Source of the DNA: an uncultured Solirubrobacterales bacterium
GTDB lineage: Bacteria; Actinomycetota; Thermoleophilia; Solirubrobacterales; 70-9
Assembly: GCA_937872475.1 (NCBI GenBank)
Contig: CALMSY010000025.1
Span: 6,379 to 70,378, forward strand
DNA: 64,000 nucleotides
Reading direction: 5' to 3'
This document shows positions 10,591-18,432 of this stretch, in pieces. Under the pieces are notes generated by a model. The model was not told where the DNA came from and ran no database searches. It saw only the letters and a program-made list of their open reading frames with translations. The position numbers and the translations under genes are program-made. Within the stretch, counting starts at the first letter, position 1. Every line of letters begins with the position of its first letter.

Positions 10591-10664
10591 CCAGAGCAAG
10601 AAAGCAGCCAGCTCTGGTGGGTCGGAAAACCGGTGAGGAGACAGGAAATCCGACCCACCGGAGT
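10591..10664 (+). promoter_or_regulatory. Structured trpS leader with mutually exclusive helices
   Basis: A 16-bp helix forms between 10611-10626 and 10649-10664 (includes 3 G-U pairs). Its 5' arm (ctctgg, 10612-10617) can instead pair with ccagag at 10591-10596. The element ends 36 nt before the trpS ATG. Confidence 0.35.
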
Positions 10665-10700
10665 TCGCCGGTTCGACCCAGGCCTTAGGCTGCCTGCTCG

Positions 10701-11693
10701 ATGCGAATCTTTTCCGGAATTCAGCCGACCGGGCGCAAGCACCTCGGCAACTACATTGGCGCGATCAGGCAGTACGTCGAAGGTCAGGACCGGGGCGACC
10801 CGGCGATCTATTCGATCGTCGACCTTCATGCGATCACCGTGGCCTACGAGCCGCAGGCTCTGAGGAAGAACCTCTATGACACGACGGCCGCGATCCTCGC
10901 CGCCGGGGTTGATCCGGAGCGCTGCATCCTTTTCCGCCAGTCCGACATTCCCGAGCACACCGAGCTCTGCTGGCTGCTCTCGGGAGTCTGTGCCCACGGA
11001 GACCTCAACCGAATGACCCAGTTCAAGGAGAAATCGTCCCAGCAGAAGGACCTTGTTTCCGCCGGGATCTTCATCTATCCGCTGCTTCAGGCCGCCGACG
11101 TGCTCGCCTACCGGGCGGACGAGGTGCCGGTGGGGGAGGACCAGCGCCAGCACATCGAGTTGATGCGGGAGATCGCCCGACGCTTCAACGACCGCTTCGG
11201 CGAAACCCTGGTCGTGCCCGATCACCGGATCCCGGAGATCGGGGCCCGGGTGATGGACCTTCAGGAGCCGACGAGAAAGATGTCAACTTCGGTCGGCGCC
11301 GACAACGGCCGCGTCTACCTGCTCGAATCCGAAACGGAAACCCGCAAGAAATTCGGTTCCGCAGTAACTGATTCGGGCCGGGAAGTGAAACGGGGAGAGG
11401 GCAAGGAAGGTGTCGCAAACCTGATCGGGATCTACGCAGTCGCCACCGGCAAATCGGAAAATGAAGTCGAGGCTGAGTTCGAAGGATCCGGATACGGAGA
11501 CTTCAAGAAGGCTGTCGCCGACGCGGTGGTCGGGTTTCTCGCTCCGGTTCGTGAGCGTTACCCGGAAATCCGCGAGGACGAGGCCGGAATCGAAAGGGTC
11601 CTCGCCGACGGTGCGGCCAGGGCCCGCGCGATTGCTGCCGAGACTCTCGCTGACGTTCGCGAAGCGATGGGTGTGGGCGTTCCCCGTTCCTGA
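10701..11693 (+). CDS. trpS: Tryptophan--tRNA ligase
   Basis: It begins GIQPTGRKHLGNYIGA (class I HIGH region) and carries the KMSTS motif (TRKMSTSVG). Confidence 0.95.
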   Translation: MRIFSGIQPTGRKHLGNYIGAIRQYVEGQDRGDPAIYSIVDLHAITVAYEPQALRKNLYDTTAAILAAGVDPERCILFRQSDIPEHTELCWLLSGVCAHGDLNRMTQFKEKSSQQKDLVSAGIFIYPLLQAADVLAYRADEVPVGEDQRQHIELMREIARRFNDRFGETLVVPDHRIPEIGARVMDLQEPTRKMSTSVGADNGRVYLLESETETRKKFGSAVTDSGREVKRGEGKEGVANLIGIYAVATGKSENEVEAEFEGSGYGDFKKAVADAVVGFLAPVRERYPEIREDEAGIERVLADGAARARAIAAETLADVREAMGVGVPRS

Positions 11694-11705
11694 CCGGCGG
11701 CTTCC

Positions 11706-11752
11706 TCGCAAATAGCGGCAAACGACGCAATCCGCTAGGTTCGCAAATAGCG
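11706..11752 (+). repeat. Two copies of the 12-nt box tcgcaaatagcg, 35 nt apart, upstream of scpA
   Basis: Exact copies lie at 11706-11717 and 11741-11752 in the 99-nt trpS-scpA spacer. Confidence 0.6.
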
Positions 11753-11792
11753 CATTTTCACTGCGGGAGCGACCGATACCCCCTTTACCCTT

Positions 11793-12560
11793 TTGCTGAT
11801 GGCTTCCCGGCTGGACCTGGACCTCGATCTGGATCTCGATGTCTTCATCGGGCCATTCGACCTGCTCCTCAGCATCGTGCTTCGGGAAGAGATCAGCCTG
11901 CTTGAAGTGGAACTGGGAGAAATCGTCGCTACCTACGTCACCAGGCTGGAAGAACGGGGCGAGCTGGAACTAGAAGTTGCCACCGAATTCCTGGTTCTTG
12001 TTGCCGCCTTGCTGGAATTGAAATCGAGGCTAATGCTGCCAGGCGCCGAAGAAGACCTGACCGACATGGAGCCAGCTGAAGCTGTCGAGGAGCTGGTCGC
12101 AAGGATGCTTGAATACCGGCGCTACCGCGACGCCGGCCGGGAGCTCAAGGACCATTTCGAGAGTCAGCGGGGCTTTCTTTACCGGTCGGCACCTCTCCCT
12201 GCGGAACTTCGCCGGGTCGAAGTCGAAACCGCCGAGAAAGTCTATGAAGCCGATCAACTGGCGGCTGCCCTTGGCGATCTGCTCGAACCGCCTCCGCGGC
12301 CGGACCTTTCTCATTTGCGGGCAACTGTGTCACTTCGCAGGCGTCTTTCGGCGGTTCGTTCGGTGCTTCTTGACCGGCCATTTTTCGATTTCGATGACGA
12401 GTTCGGAAAGGAAGACCGCATGACCCAGGCGGTCACGATTTTCGCCCTGCTTGATCTCTACAAGAAGGGCGAGGCAGTTTGGGAACAGGATGAATCTTGC
12501 GGTCCGATAACCGTCCGACGGTCCCAGCCCGGTCAGGCACAGTTAGCGAAGACCGCATGA
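11793..12560 (+). CDS. scpA: Segregation and condensation protein A (kleisin)
   Basis: It has the FIGPFDLLLSIVLREEISLLEV N-terminal motif and an ATGA overlap with scpB. The start is TTG 11793 or ATG 11799. Confidence 0.85.
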   Translation: MLMASRLDLDLDLDLDVFIGPFDLLLSIVLREEISLLEVELGEIVATYVTRLEERGELELEVATEFLVLVAALLELKSRLMLPGAEEDLTDMEPAEAVEELVARMLEYRRYRDAGRELKDHFESQRGFLYRSAPLPAELRRVEVETAEKVYEADQLAAALGDLLEPPPRPDLSHLRATVSLRRRLSAVRSVLLDRPFFDFDDEFGKEDRMTQAVTIFALLDLYKKGEAVWEQDESCGPITVRRSQPGQAQLAKTA

Positions 12561-13138
12561 GCGCGTTGAACCCGCTTGCCTGCAAGATCGAGTCGCTGCT
12601 TTTTCTGAGCAACCAACCGGTGACCGAAATGGCCCTGGCGGAAGCCTGTGAAGTGGATCTCGAACTGATCGAAGAGGCGGTTGCCGAACTCGAAGCCGAC
12701 CTGGTTCCCGGCCGCCGGGGGCTGATTCTGCGACGGGTCGGAGGCGGGCTGATCCTGGCCAGCGACCCCGAATCCGAAGCGGCCGCACGCCGGCTGCTTT
12801 CGAAGCCACGGACCCCGCCACTGACCCAGGCGCAGGCGGAAACCCTGGCTATCGTTGCCTACCTTCAGCCAGTCGCCAGGCCCGAGATCGCACGGATCCG
12901 CGGTGTTTCCTCGGAATCCGCCGTGGGCAGTCTCAACGAGCGCGGCTTGATCGAAGAGGCCGGGCGTTCCCGTTTCGGGGCCGCTATCTACCGGACCTCG
13001 CCCCTGTTCGAGAAGGTGTTCGGTCTGGACGGACTGGATGCCCTGCCTGATCCGAGCCGCTTTGATCCAACTCCGGACGACGAGCGCGAGATCAGGGAGC
13101 GTCTGCTCGCCGCCGGCGAGCAGCGCTCGGAAGCCTGA
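12557..13138 (+). CDS. scpB: Segregation and condensation protein B
   Basis: ATG 12557 overlaps the scpA stop. The protein has ScpB-like winged-helix regions (IESLLFLSNQPV..., AETLAIVAYLQPVARPEIARIRGV). Confidence 0.85.
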   Translation: MSALNPLACKIESLLFLSNQPVTEMALAEACEVDLELIEEAVAELEADLVPGRRGLILRRVGGGLILASDPESEAAARRLLSKPRTPPLTQAQAETLAIVAYLQPVARPEIARIRGVSSESAVGSLNERGLIEEAGRSRFGAAIYRTSPLFEKVFGLDGLDALPDPSRFDPTPDDEREIRERLLAAGEQRSEA

Positions 13139-13216
13139 GTTCTGTCTGCTCGCCGCCGGCGAGCAGCGCTCGGAAGCCTGAGTTCTGTCTGCTCGTCGCA
13201 GGCGAGCAGACAGTCG
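13101..13216 (+). repeat. 43-bp tandem repeat (2 perfect copies plus 1 diverged partial copy) covering the scpB 3' end and stop codon
   Basis: Copy A (13101-13143) and copy B (13144-13186) are 43/43 identical. Copy C starts at 13187 with substitutions. Each copy holds the inverted repeat gtctgctcg..cgagcagac or its variant. Confidence 0.95.
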
Positions 13217-13248
13217 GGTCTTGAGGTTGCGATCCGGGGCAAGGCAGG

Positions 13249-13277
13249 GACAAGACCTATCCGGTCCGGGATATAAA
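13249..13277 (+). promoter_or_regulatory. Weak candidate promoter for lipoprotein gene 1 (GACAAG-17 nt-TATAAA)
   Basis: An AT-rich TATAAA lies at 13272-13277 in otherwise GC-rich DNA, about 65 nt upstream of the TTG start. Confidence 0.2.
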
Positions 13278-13340
13278 GTCTCGGCTCAGGCGGCAGCCGA
13301 CTCGGCGTCTCAACCACAAAAAAGCTTAGGGAGAACGGCT

Positions 13341-14510
13341 TTGAAGAAGCTTGCCGCAACACTCATTCTGCTCACGTCCGGTTTCGTTTTCGTTGCCTGT
13401 GGAGGTGGCAACAGCAACGACAGCAACGAGGTGGTCACCACTGACAATCTCACCGCGGCTATGGACGAAGTCTGTGCCGAAAGCGATCGCCGGTTCGCGG
13501 ATCTCGGTACGTACGGAATGAACAATGAAGGGCTGGCCGCGGAGTTCAACGGTCTGGTCGAAGAACGGCAGGCATCGCTCGAAGACCTCCAGGGGTTGAA
13601 CCTCGATGAAAATGCCCAGGCGGAGTTCGACAAGTACGTTGCGGCCCTCGAAGACGCGATCGCGGCGAATCAGGCCGTGGCCGATGCCGCGGAAGCAGGC
13701 GATGACGACGCAGTCAACGAGGCTTTCAAGGAAATGGAGGCGGTCTTCGCGAAGCGCGACAAGGTCGCCGATGAGATGGGGCTGGAGGTCTGCGGTCAGG
13801 CCACCGAGGTAGAAGTTGAAGCGACTGGCACCGCGCCGCCGGAGGATCTCGAGTACGCCGAGCCCAAGGACACGGTCGATGATGCCGCTGCCGCCTACCT
13901 GGCAGCGATCAAGGCCGGCGACTGTGACGCGATCAACGATCTTTGGCACACCGACGCCGGCGAGGCGAGCCCCGAGATTTGCGAGGCTATCGAGACCGAC
14001 TTGAAGGGAGCCAGGCTGCAGGGTACGGAGCCGTACGGGCCGGTCGGAGCGGCCCAGTACGAGAGTGCGGACGAGCGGTATTTCCTGGTGAACTTCGCGG
14101 TCGATCTGGACGGCGAGATGCGCTACATCGGTGAAGCCATCCAGTCATATGGTGGTCTTCGCCCCGCTCCGGAAAACAACGATGCTGACCAGACCATCGA
14201 AGACCTCGTCGCTGCGATCCGTGACGACGACGGGAAGGCCTTCAACGCGACCCTGCCCGACCAGACGGGGGGCTTTGTCTTGAAAGAAGGCGACCCGGTC
14301 AAGAACTTCTCTGACGGAGAGTTCGCGCAGGACTTCATCGGGGACGTCAAGAGCGGCGACACTGAACCCGTCCAGCTCGGGATCAATGCGGCTTTCGCGT
14401 ATTACTTTCTTGAAGGCAGCGAATACGACTGGGCGATCAACCTGATTCACGCGCCTGGCAGCGGCGCCAAATACCGCTTCAGCGGCTACTTCCCGTTGCC
14501 CAAACCGTAG
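13341..14510 (+). CDS. Secreted lipoprotein of unknown function, paralog 1
   Basis: A TTG start is preceded by an AGGGAGA Shine-Dalgarno sequence. The signal peptide is MKKLAATLILLTSGFVFVAC with a lipobox Cys. The protein is collinear with the next gene. Confidence 0.75.
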   Translation: MKKLAATLILLTSGFVFVACGGGNSNDSNEVVTTDNLTAAMDEVCAESDRRFADLGTYGMNNEGLAAEFNGLVEERQASLEDLQGLNLDENAQAEFDKYVAALEDAIAANQAVADAAEAGDDDAVNEAFKEMEAVFAKRDKVADEMGLEVCGQATEVEVEATGTAPPEDLEYAEPKDTVDDAAAAYLAAIKAGDCDAINDLWHTDAGEASPEICEAIETDLKGARLQGTEPYGPVGAAQYESADERYFLVNFAVDLDGEMRYIGEAIQSYGGLRPAPENNDADQTIEDLVAAIRDDDGKAFNATLPDQTGGFVLKEGDPVKNFSDGEFAQDFIGDVKSGDTEPVQLGINAAFAYYFLEGSEYDWAINLIHAPGSGAKYRFSGYFPLPKP

Positions 14511-14695
14511 CGAGGGGATGCAGCCCATACCCCAGAGGCAAAGTCTCGTCACGGATGTTCCCGCTGCCGCAGGCGAGCAGCGCCTTCGGGACGGATCCCT
14601 CGTGCGGGGATTCGTCCCGGCTCCGGTTTCGTCCGGTTCGACCAATAGGTTGAACGCCGCTTGCTGAACGTTTTCGTCATCAAGAAGGGGGAATC

Positions 14696-15856
14696 TTGAA
14701 GAAGTCATTCGCATTGCTGACAATGCTCCTGTCCGGGTTTGTCATCGCTGCCTGCGGTATTTCGGGCGATGACGCCGACGTGACCCCGGAGGGTCTTGCC
14801 GCCGCGATGGACACTGTCTGTTCGGATGCGCAGGCAGATTTTGACGCGATGGGCGTCCGCGGACTGACCAATCCGCAGCTGGCCCTGGAATTCGAAGGAA
14901 CAGCCGAAGTTCGCCAGAGCATCGTCGACGGTTTCAATGACCTCAATCTGAACGAAGAGGCCAAGGCTGAAATCGAGCCCTATCTGACCGCCTCGGAAAA
15001 AGTCATCGCCAGTGACAAGGCGATCGCCGAAGCCGCTGCGGCGGACAACACAGAAGCGGTCAACAAGGCGTTTGCCGAGCAGGGTGACGCTGTCAACGAA
15101 CGTGACGAAGCTGCGAAGAAGATCGGAACCGAAGTCTGTGGCCAGTTCGTTGAAATCAAACTGAGCGATTCAGGCACCGCACCACCGGATGATCTGGACT
15201 TGTCCGAGCCGGTCAACGGAATCGAAAATTCTGTCGAGGGCTACCTCGCCGCTGCGAAGACGGGAAATTGCAAGGCGATCAACCGCATGCGGCACAGTGA
15301 CGCCGGCCAATTGGGGCCAGACGAATGCGAAGCTGTGGCCGAGAGCCTCAAGGGCTCGACCATTGCCCGAACCGAAAGTTACGGCCCGGTCGCGGTCGCC
15401 GAGCTGGTCAGTGGCAACGGCACGCATTTCGTGACTGCTTTCGTCCTTGACCAGGACCAGGAGCTGCGGTACAGCTCCGATGCAATCCACGACAGTGGCG
15501 GTCTGCGGCCCGCACCGGAAGACAATGACTCCCAGGAAGCGATTGACGCGACTGTGGCGGCAATCCGGGACAACGACGGTGCAGCCTTCAACGAAACACT
15601 CCCCGACGGTTCGAGCGGCTTCTGGCTGAAAGACGAAGGGGAATTCGACACATTCTCCGATGGGGAATACAACAAGACTTTCGTCAGGGATGTGCGTGAC
15701 TCGGACGCGGAACCGGTCCAGCTCGGCCTGAATGCCGCTTTTGGCTTCTATCTGCTCGAAGGCAGCGAGAACGACTGGGTGCTGACCACGATCCACAACC
15801 CCGGTACCGGCAGCCATTACCGCTTCTCGGGGTACTGGCCAGTCCCGAAGCCCTAG
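14696..15856 (+). CDS. Secreted lipoprotein of unknown function, paralog 2
   Basis: A TTG start is preceded by AAGGGGGAA. The signal peptide is MKKSFALLTMLLSGFVIAAC with a lipobox. It shares blocks with paralog 1 (EVCGQ, GTAPP-DL, GGLRPAPE-ND, EPVQLG-NAAF, YRFSGY-P-PKP). Confidence 0.75.
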   Translation: MKKSFALLTMLLSGFVIAACGISGDDADVTPEGLAAAMDTVCSDAQADFDAMGVRGLTNPQLALEFEGTAEVRQSIVDGFNDLNLNEEAKAEIEPYLTASEKVIASDKAIAEAAAADNTEAVNKAFAEQGDAVNERDEAAKKIGTEVCGQFVEIKLSDSGTAPPDDLDLSEPVNGIENSVEGYLAAAKTGNCKAINRMRHSDAGQLGPDECEAVAESLKGSTIARTESYGPVAVAELVSGNGTHFVTAFVLDQDQELRYSSDAIHDSGGLRPAPEDNDSQEAIDATVAAIRDNDGAAFNETLPDGSSGFWLKDEGEFDTFSDGEYNKTFVRDVRDSDAEPVQLGLNAAFGFYLLEGSENDWVLTTIHNPGTGSHYRFSGYWPVPKP

Positions 15857-15940
15857 CCCTGGACACAAGGGACATTTCGCCGGGGCCGGACACTGCCGTA
15901 GATTCTCCGGCATGAGATTCGCTACCCGTCCCGGCCAGAT

Positions 15941-16639
15941 ATGAGGCTCGCCAAGTACCTGGCGCATGCCGGGATCGCTTCACGACGCAAGTCCGAGGAA
16001 ATCATCGTTGCCGGGCGGGTGCGGGTTGATGGCAAGTTGGTCAGAGATCCGGCCTTCGGGGTCGGGACCGGGGATGAGGTCCGGGTTGACGGACACGCGG
16101 TTGAACCAGAGGGCCGGGAGGTCTGGATGCTCAACAAGCCGCTGGATGTGATCTCAACCGCTGATGAGCCGGGCAAGCGGGTGGCGGTAGTTGATTTGGT
16201 CAACAGCTCGGCCCGCCTATATCCGGTCGGCCGGCTTGACGGCGATTCGACCGGCCTGATCCTGCTGAGTAACGACGGCGAGCTCGCCAACCGGTTAACC
16301 CACCCCCGCTACGAGGTTGAAAAGACCTATCGCGTGAAACTGAAGAACCCGGTCACCGCAGAAGCGATGGAGCAGCTCGGCAAGGGCGTCCGGCTCGAGG
16401 ATGGCCTTACGGCTCCCGCAACCGTGAGAAAGATCGGGGACCGGGCAATTGACGTGACCATCCATGAAGGGCGCAACCGCCAGGTCCGAAGGATGGCCGA
16501 GGCAGTCGGAAACGAGGTGGTTGGCCTGCAGCGAATATCACTGGGGTCACTGAAACTGGGCCGGCTCGGGATCGGCAAATCCCGTTTGCTCGATGAACGC
16601 GAAGTGGAGCGGCTCTGGAAAGATGCAGGCAATGACTGA
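15941..16639 (+). CDS. rluB: 23S rRNA pseudouridine synthase, RsuA/RluB family (S4 domain plus catalytic domain)
   Basis: The S4 N-terminus is MRLAKYLAHAGIASRRKSEEII. The catalytic motif is GRLDGDSTGLILLSNDG. Confidence 0.85.
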   Translation: MRLAKYLAHAGIASRRKSEEIIVAGRVRVDGKLVRDPAFGVGTGDEVRVDGHAVEPEGREVWMLNKPLDVISTADEPGKRVAVVDLVNSSARLYPVGRLDGDSTGLILLSNDGELANRLTHPRYEVEKTYRVKLKNPVTAEAMEQLGKGVRLEDGLTAPATVRKIGDRAIDVTIHEGRNRQVRRMAEAVGNEVVGLQRISLGSLKLGRLGIGKSRLLDEREVERLWKDAGND

Positions 16640-16652
16640 TCCAGGGGCAGAA

Positions 16653-17015
16653 ATGCGCGTAGTCGCGATCCGGGGTGCCGTTCAGGCAGAGAACAATGCA
16701 TGCTCGGTACTTGACGCGACCGAAAAGCTGATGAAGGAGATCATCGGCGCCAATCAGCTCGAACCGGGGCAGATGATCAGCGCGATCTTCACCACCACCG
16801 ATGATCTCGACGCCGAATTCCCCGCGGTTGCTGCCCGGCGAATGGGCCTGAATGACGTGCCCTTGATGTGCGCCCGCGAGATTCCCGTGCCCGGCGCGAT
16901 GGCCGGTGTGATCAGGGTGATGCTCCACACCTACCTGGCGGCCGGATCAAATGCGAAGCATGTGTACCTTGGCGAGACCCGCAACCTGCGTTCCGACCTC
17001 GATGCCGCCCAGTAG
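16653..17015 (+). CDS. aroH: Chorismate mutase, AroH class
   Basis: MRVVAIRGAVQAENN resembles the AroH N-terminus (IRGIRGATT). Upstream in-frame ATGs exist at 16623 and 16632. Confidence 0.8.
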   Translation: MRVVAIRGAVQAENNACSVLDATEKLMKEIIGANQLEPGQMISAIFTTTDDLDAEFPAVAARRMGLNDVPLMCAREIPVPGAMAGVIRVMLHTYLAAGSNAKHVYLGETRNLRSDLDAAQ

Positions 17016-17045
17016 GCGCGGCCAACCGACGACCTGCCGAGCCGA

Positions 17046-18158
17046 ATGACCGTTCGCTTCAACAATCACCTTTCTTCCATTCCCGGCTATACCCCCGGGG
17101 TTCCAAAGGGGCACAGTGCCGAGGATGTGGCCCGGTCCGACCTCGCCCAGCTCGCCTCGAACGAGTCTCCGTTCCCACCGCTGCCGGAAGTAGTCGAGGC
17201 GATCAGCCATGCGGCCACAGCGATGAACCGCTATCCGGACCCCGCTGCGACCCGCCTGAGGCAAAGCCTGGCTGACCGGCACGAGATCGAACCCGGTCAG
17301 ATTTCGGTAGCGAACGGATCCTGCGACTTTCTGCTCGCTGCGGCGGAAGCTCTGCTGGAGCCCGGGGCAGAGATCGTTTACGCCTGGCCATCTTTTTCGA
17401 TGTACCCGAACATGGCGGCGATGACCGGTGCCCGCGAGATCAGGGTGCCGCTGAAGCAGGACCAGAGCCATGACCTGGAAGCAATGCTCGAAGAGATCAC
17501 CGCGGCGACCCAGATCGTGATCGTCTGCAATCCAAACAATCCAACCGGCACGTACATTCCCTTCAGGGAAATCTCCGAGTTCGTTTCCAGGGTGCCTGAC
17601 CACGTCCAGGTGATCCTCGACGAGGCTTACATCGAATTCCAGATCTACGACGACCCCGGAGAATCAGTGGACCTGCTCAGGGAGTTCCCCAATCTGGTTC
17701 TGCTGCGGACCTTCAGCAAGACCCATTCCCTGGCCGGTCTCAGGGTTGGCTACGCGATGGGATCCCCGGCTTTCAAGGCAGCTGTGGACGCGGTGCGCCA
17801 GCCGTTCGGGGTGAACGCACTTGCCCAGGCGGCAGCTGTTGAAGCACTTGAACATGGCGATCTGATCGACCGCCAGATCGAGACCCAGATCGCAGAGCGG
17901 ATCAGGGTCGAGAACGCGGTGGCTGATCTCGGACTGGCCACAACCGACAGCCAGGCGAATTTTTCCTGGATTTCACTGGGCGAGAACGGTGAAGAGATCG
18001 AGGACGAGGTCGTGGCGACCTTGAACCAGGCCGGGATAGTGGTACGGCAGGGCCGGTTGCTTGGAGGCCCCGGATGGCTAAGGGTCTCCTACGGCACCGC
18101 GGAAGAGAACGATCGTTTTGTCGCTGCGCTTGGCGATGCAATGAAGGTTCACGGCTAG
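17046..18158 (+). CDS. Class II PLP aminotransferase (histidinol-phosphate/aromatic aminotransferase family)
   Basis: It has LASNESPFPP, NPNNPTG and the PLP-lysine region RTFSKTHSLAGLRVGY. It sits within the aromatic biosynthesis cluster. Confidence 0.85.
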   Translation: MTVRFNNHLSSIPGYTPGVPKGHSAEDVARSDLAQLASNESPFPPLPEVVEAISHAATAMNRYPDPAATRLRQSLADRHEIEPGQISVANGSCDFLLAAAEALLEPGAEIVYAWPSFSMYPNMAAMTGAREIRVPLKQDQSHDLEAMLEEITAATQIVIVCNPNNPTGTYIPFREISEFVSRVPDHVQVILDEAYIEFQIYDDPGESVDLLREFPNLVLLRTFSKTHSLAGLRVGYAMGSPAFKAAVDAVRQPFGVNALAQAAAVEALEHGDLIDRQIETQIAERIRVENAVADLGLATTDSQANFSWISLGENGEEIEDEVVATLNQAGIVVRQGRLLGGPGWLRVSYGTAEENDRFVAALGDAMKVHG

Positions 18159-18432
18159 CGCCATCGCCGGCTTCCTGATACAACCTCCCTGATGCAGCAA
18201 CTGACCGACAGCCGCGTAGCCCGCTCGGGCACGGCACTCCGCCAGAGCGGAGCCTCCGGTGCTGCCTTCTATTCCTATTGGCGATTTATCTAGGCGTCCG
18301 TCCGGTGATGCGGGGGTTTCCCCGCCTTTGAATCGAAAAGCCGCCGGGCGCCGAGCAAGTCAAGGTCGTCCGCTGCCGTGAGGCCGGGCGAAAGTAGAGT
18401 CTCAGGCAGTAGAGGAAAGGTTTGAAGCGAAA

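Noticed and set aside
10668-10682. tRNA-like T-arm sequence ccggttcgaccc (also present at 14629-14640)
   Set aside because: The flanking bases do not form a T-stem, and no acceptor, D or anticodon arms can be drawn. An 11-mer shared by two sites is expected by chance in 64 kb.
13196-13208. Shared 13-mer cgcaggcgagcag about 130 nt upstream of both lipoprotein genes (second copy 14567-14579) as a common regulatory box
   Set aside because: Chance 13-mer matches are expected in a GC-biased 64-kb window. The first copy is simply the diverged third unit of the scpB tandem repeat. The surrounding upstream regions do not align convincingly.
13221-13340. Upstream start (13221) for lipoprotein 1
   Set aside because: The extension precedes the signal peptide and has no paralogous counterpart in lipoprotein 2. 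TTG 13341 with an AGGGAGA Shine-Dalgarno sequence reproduces the MKK-signal architecture of the paralog.
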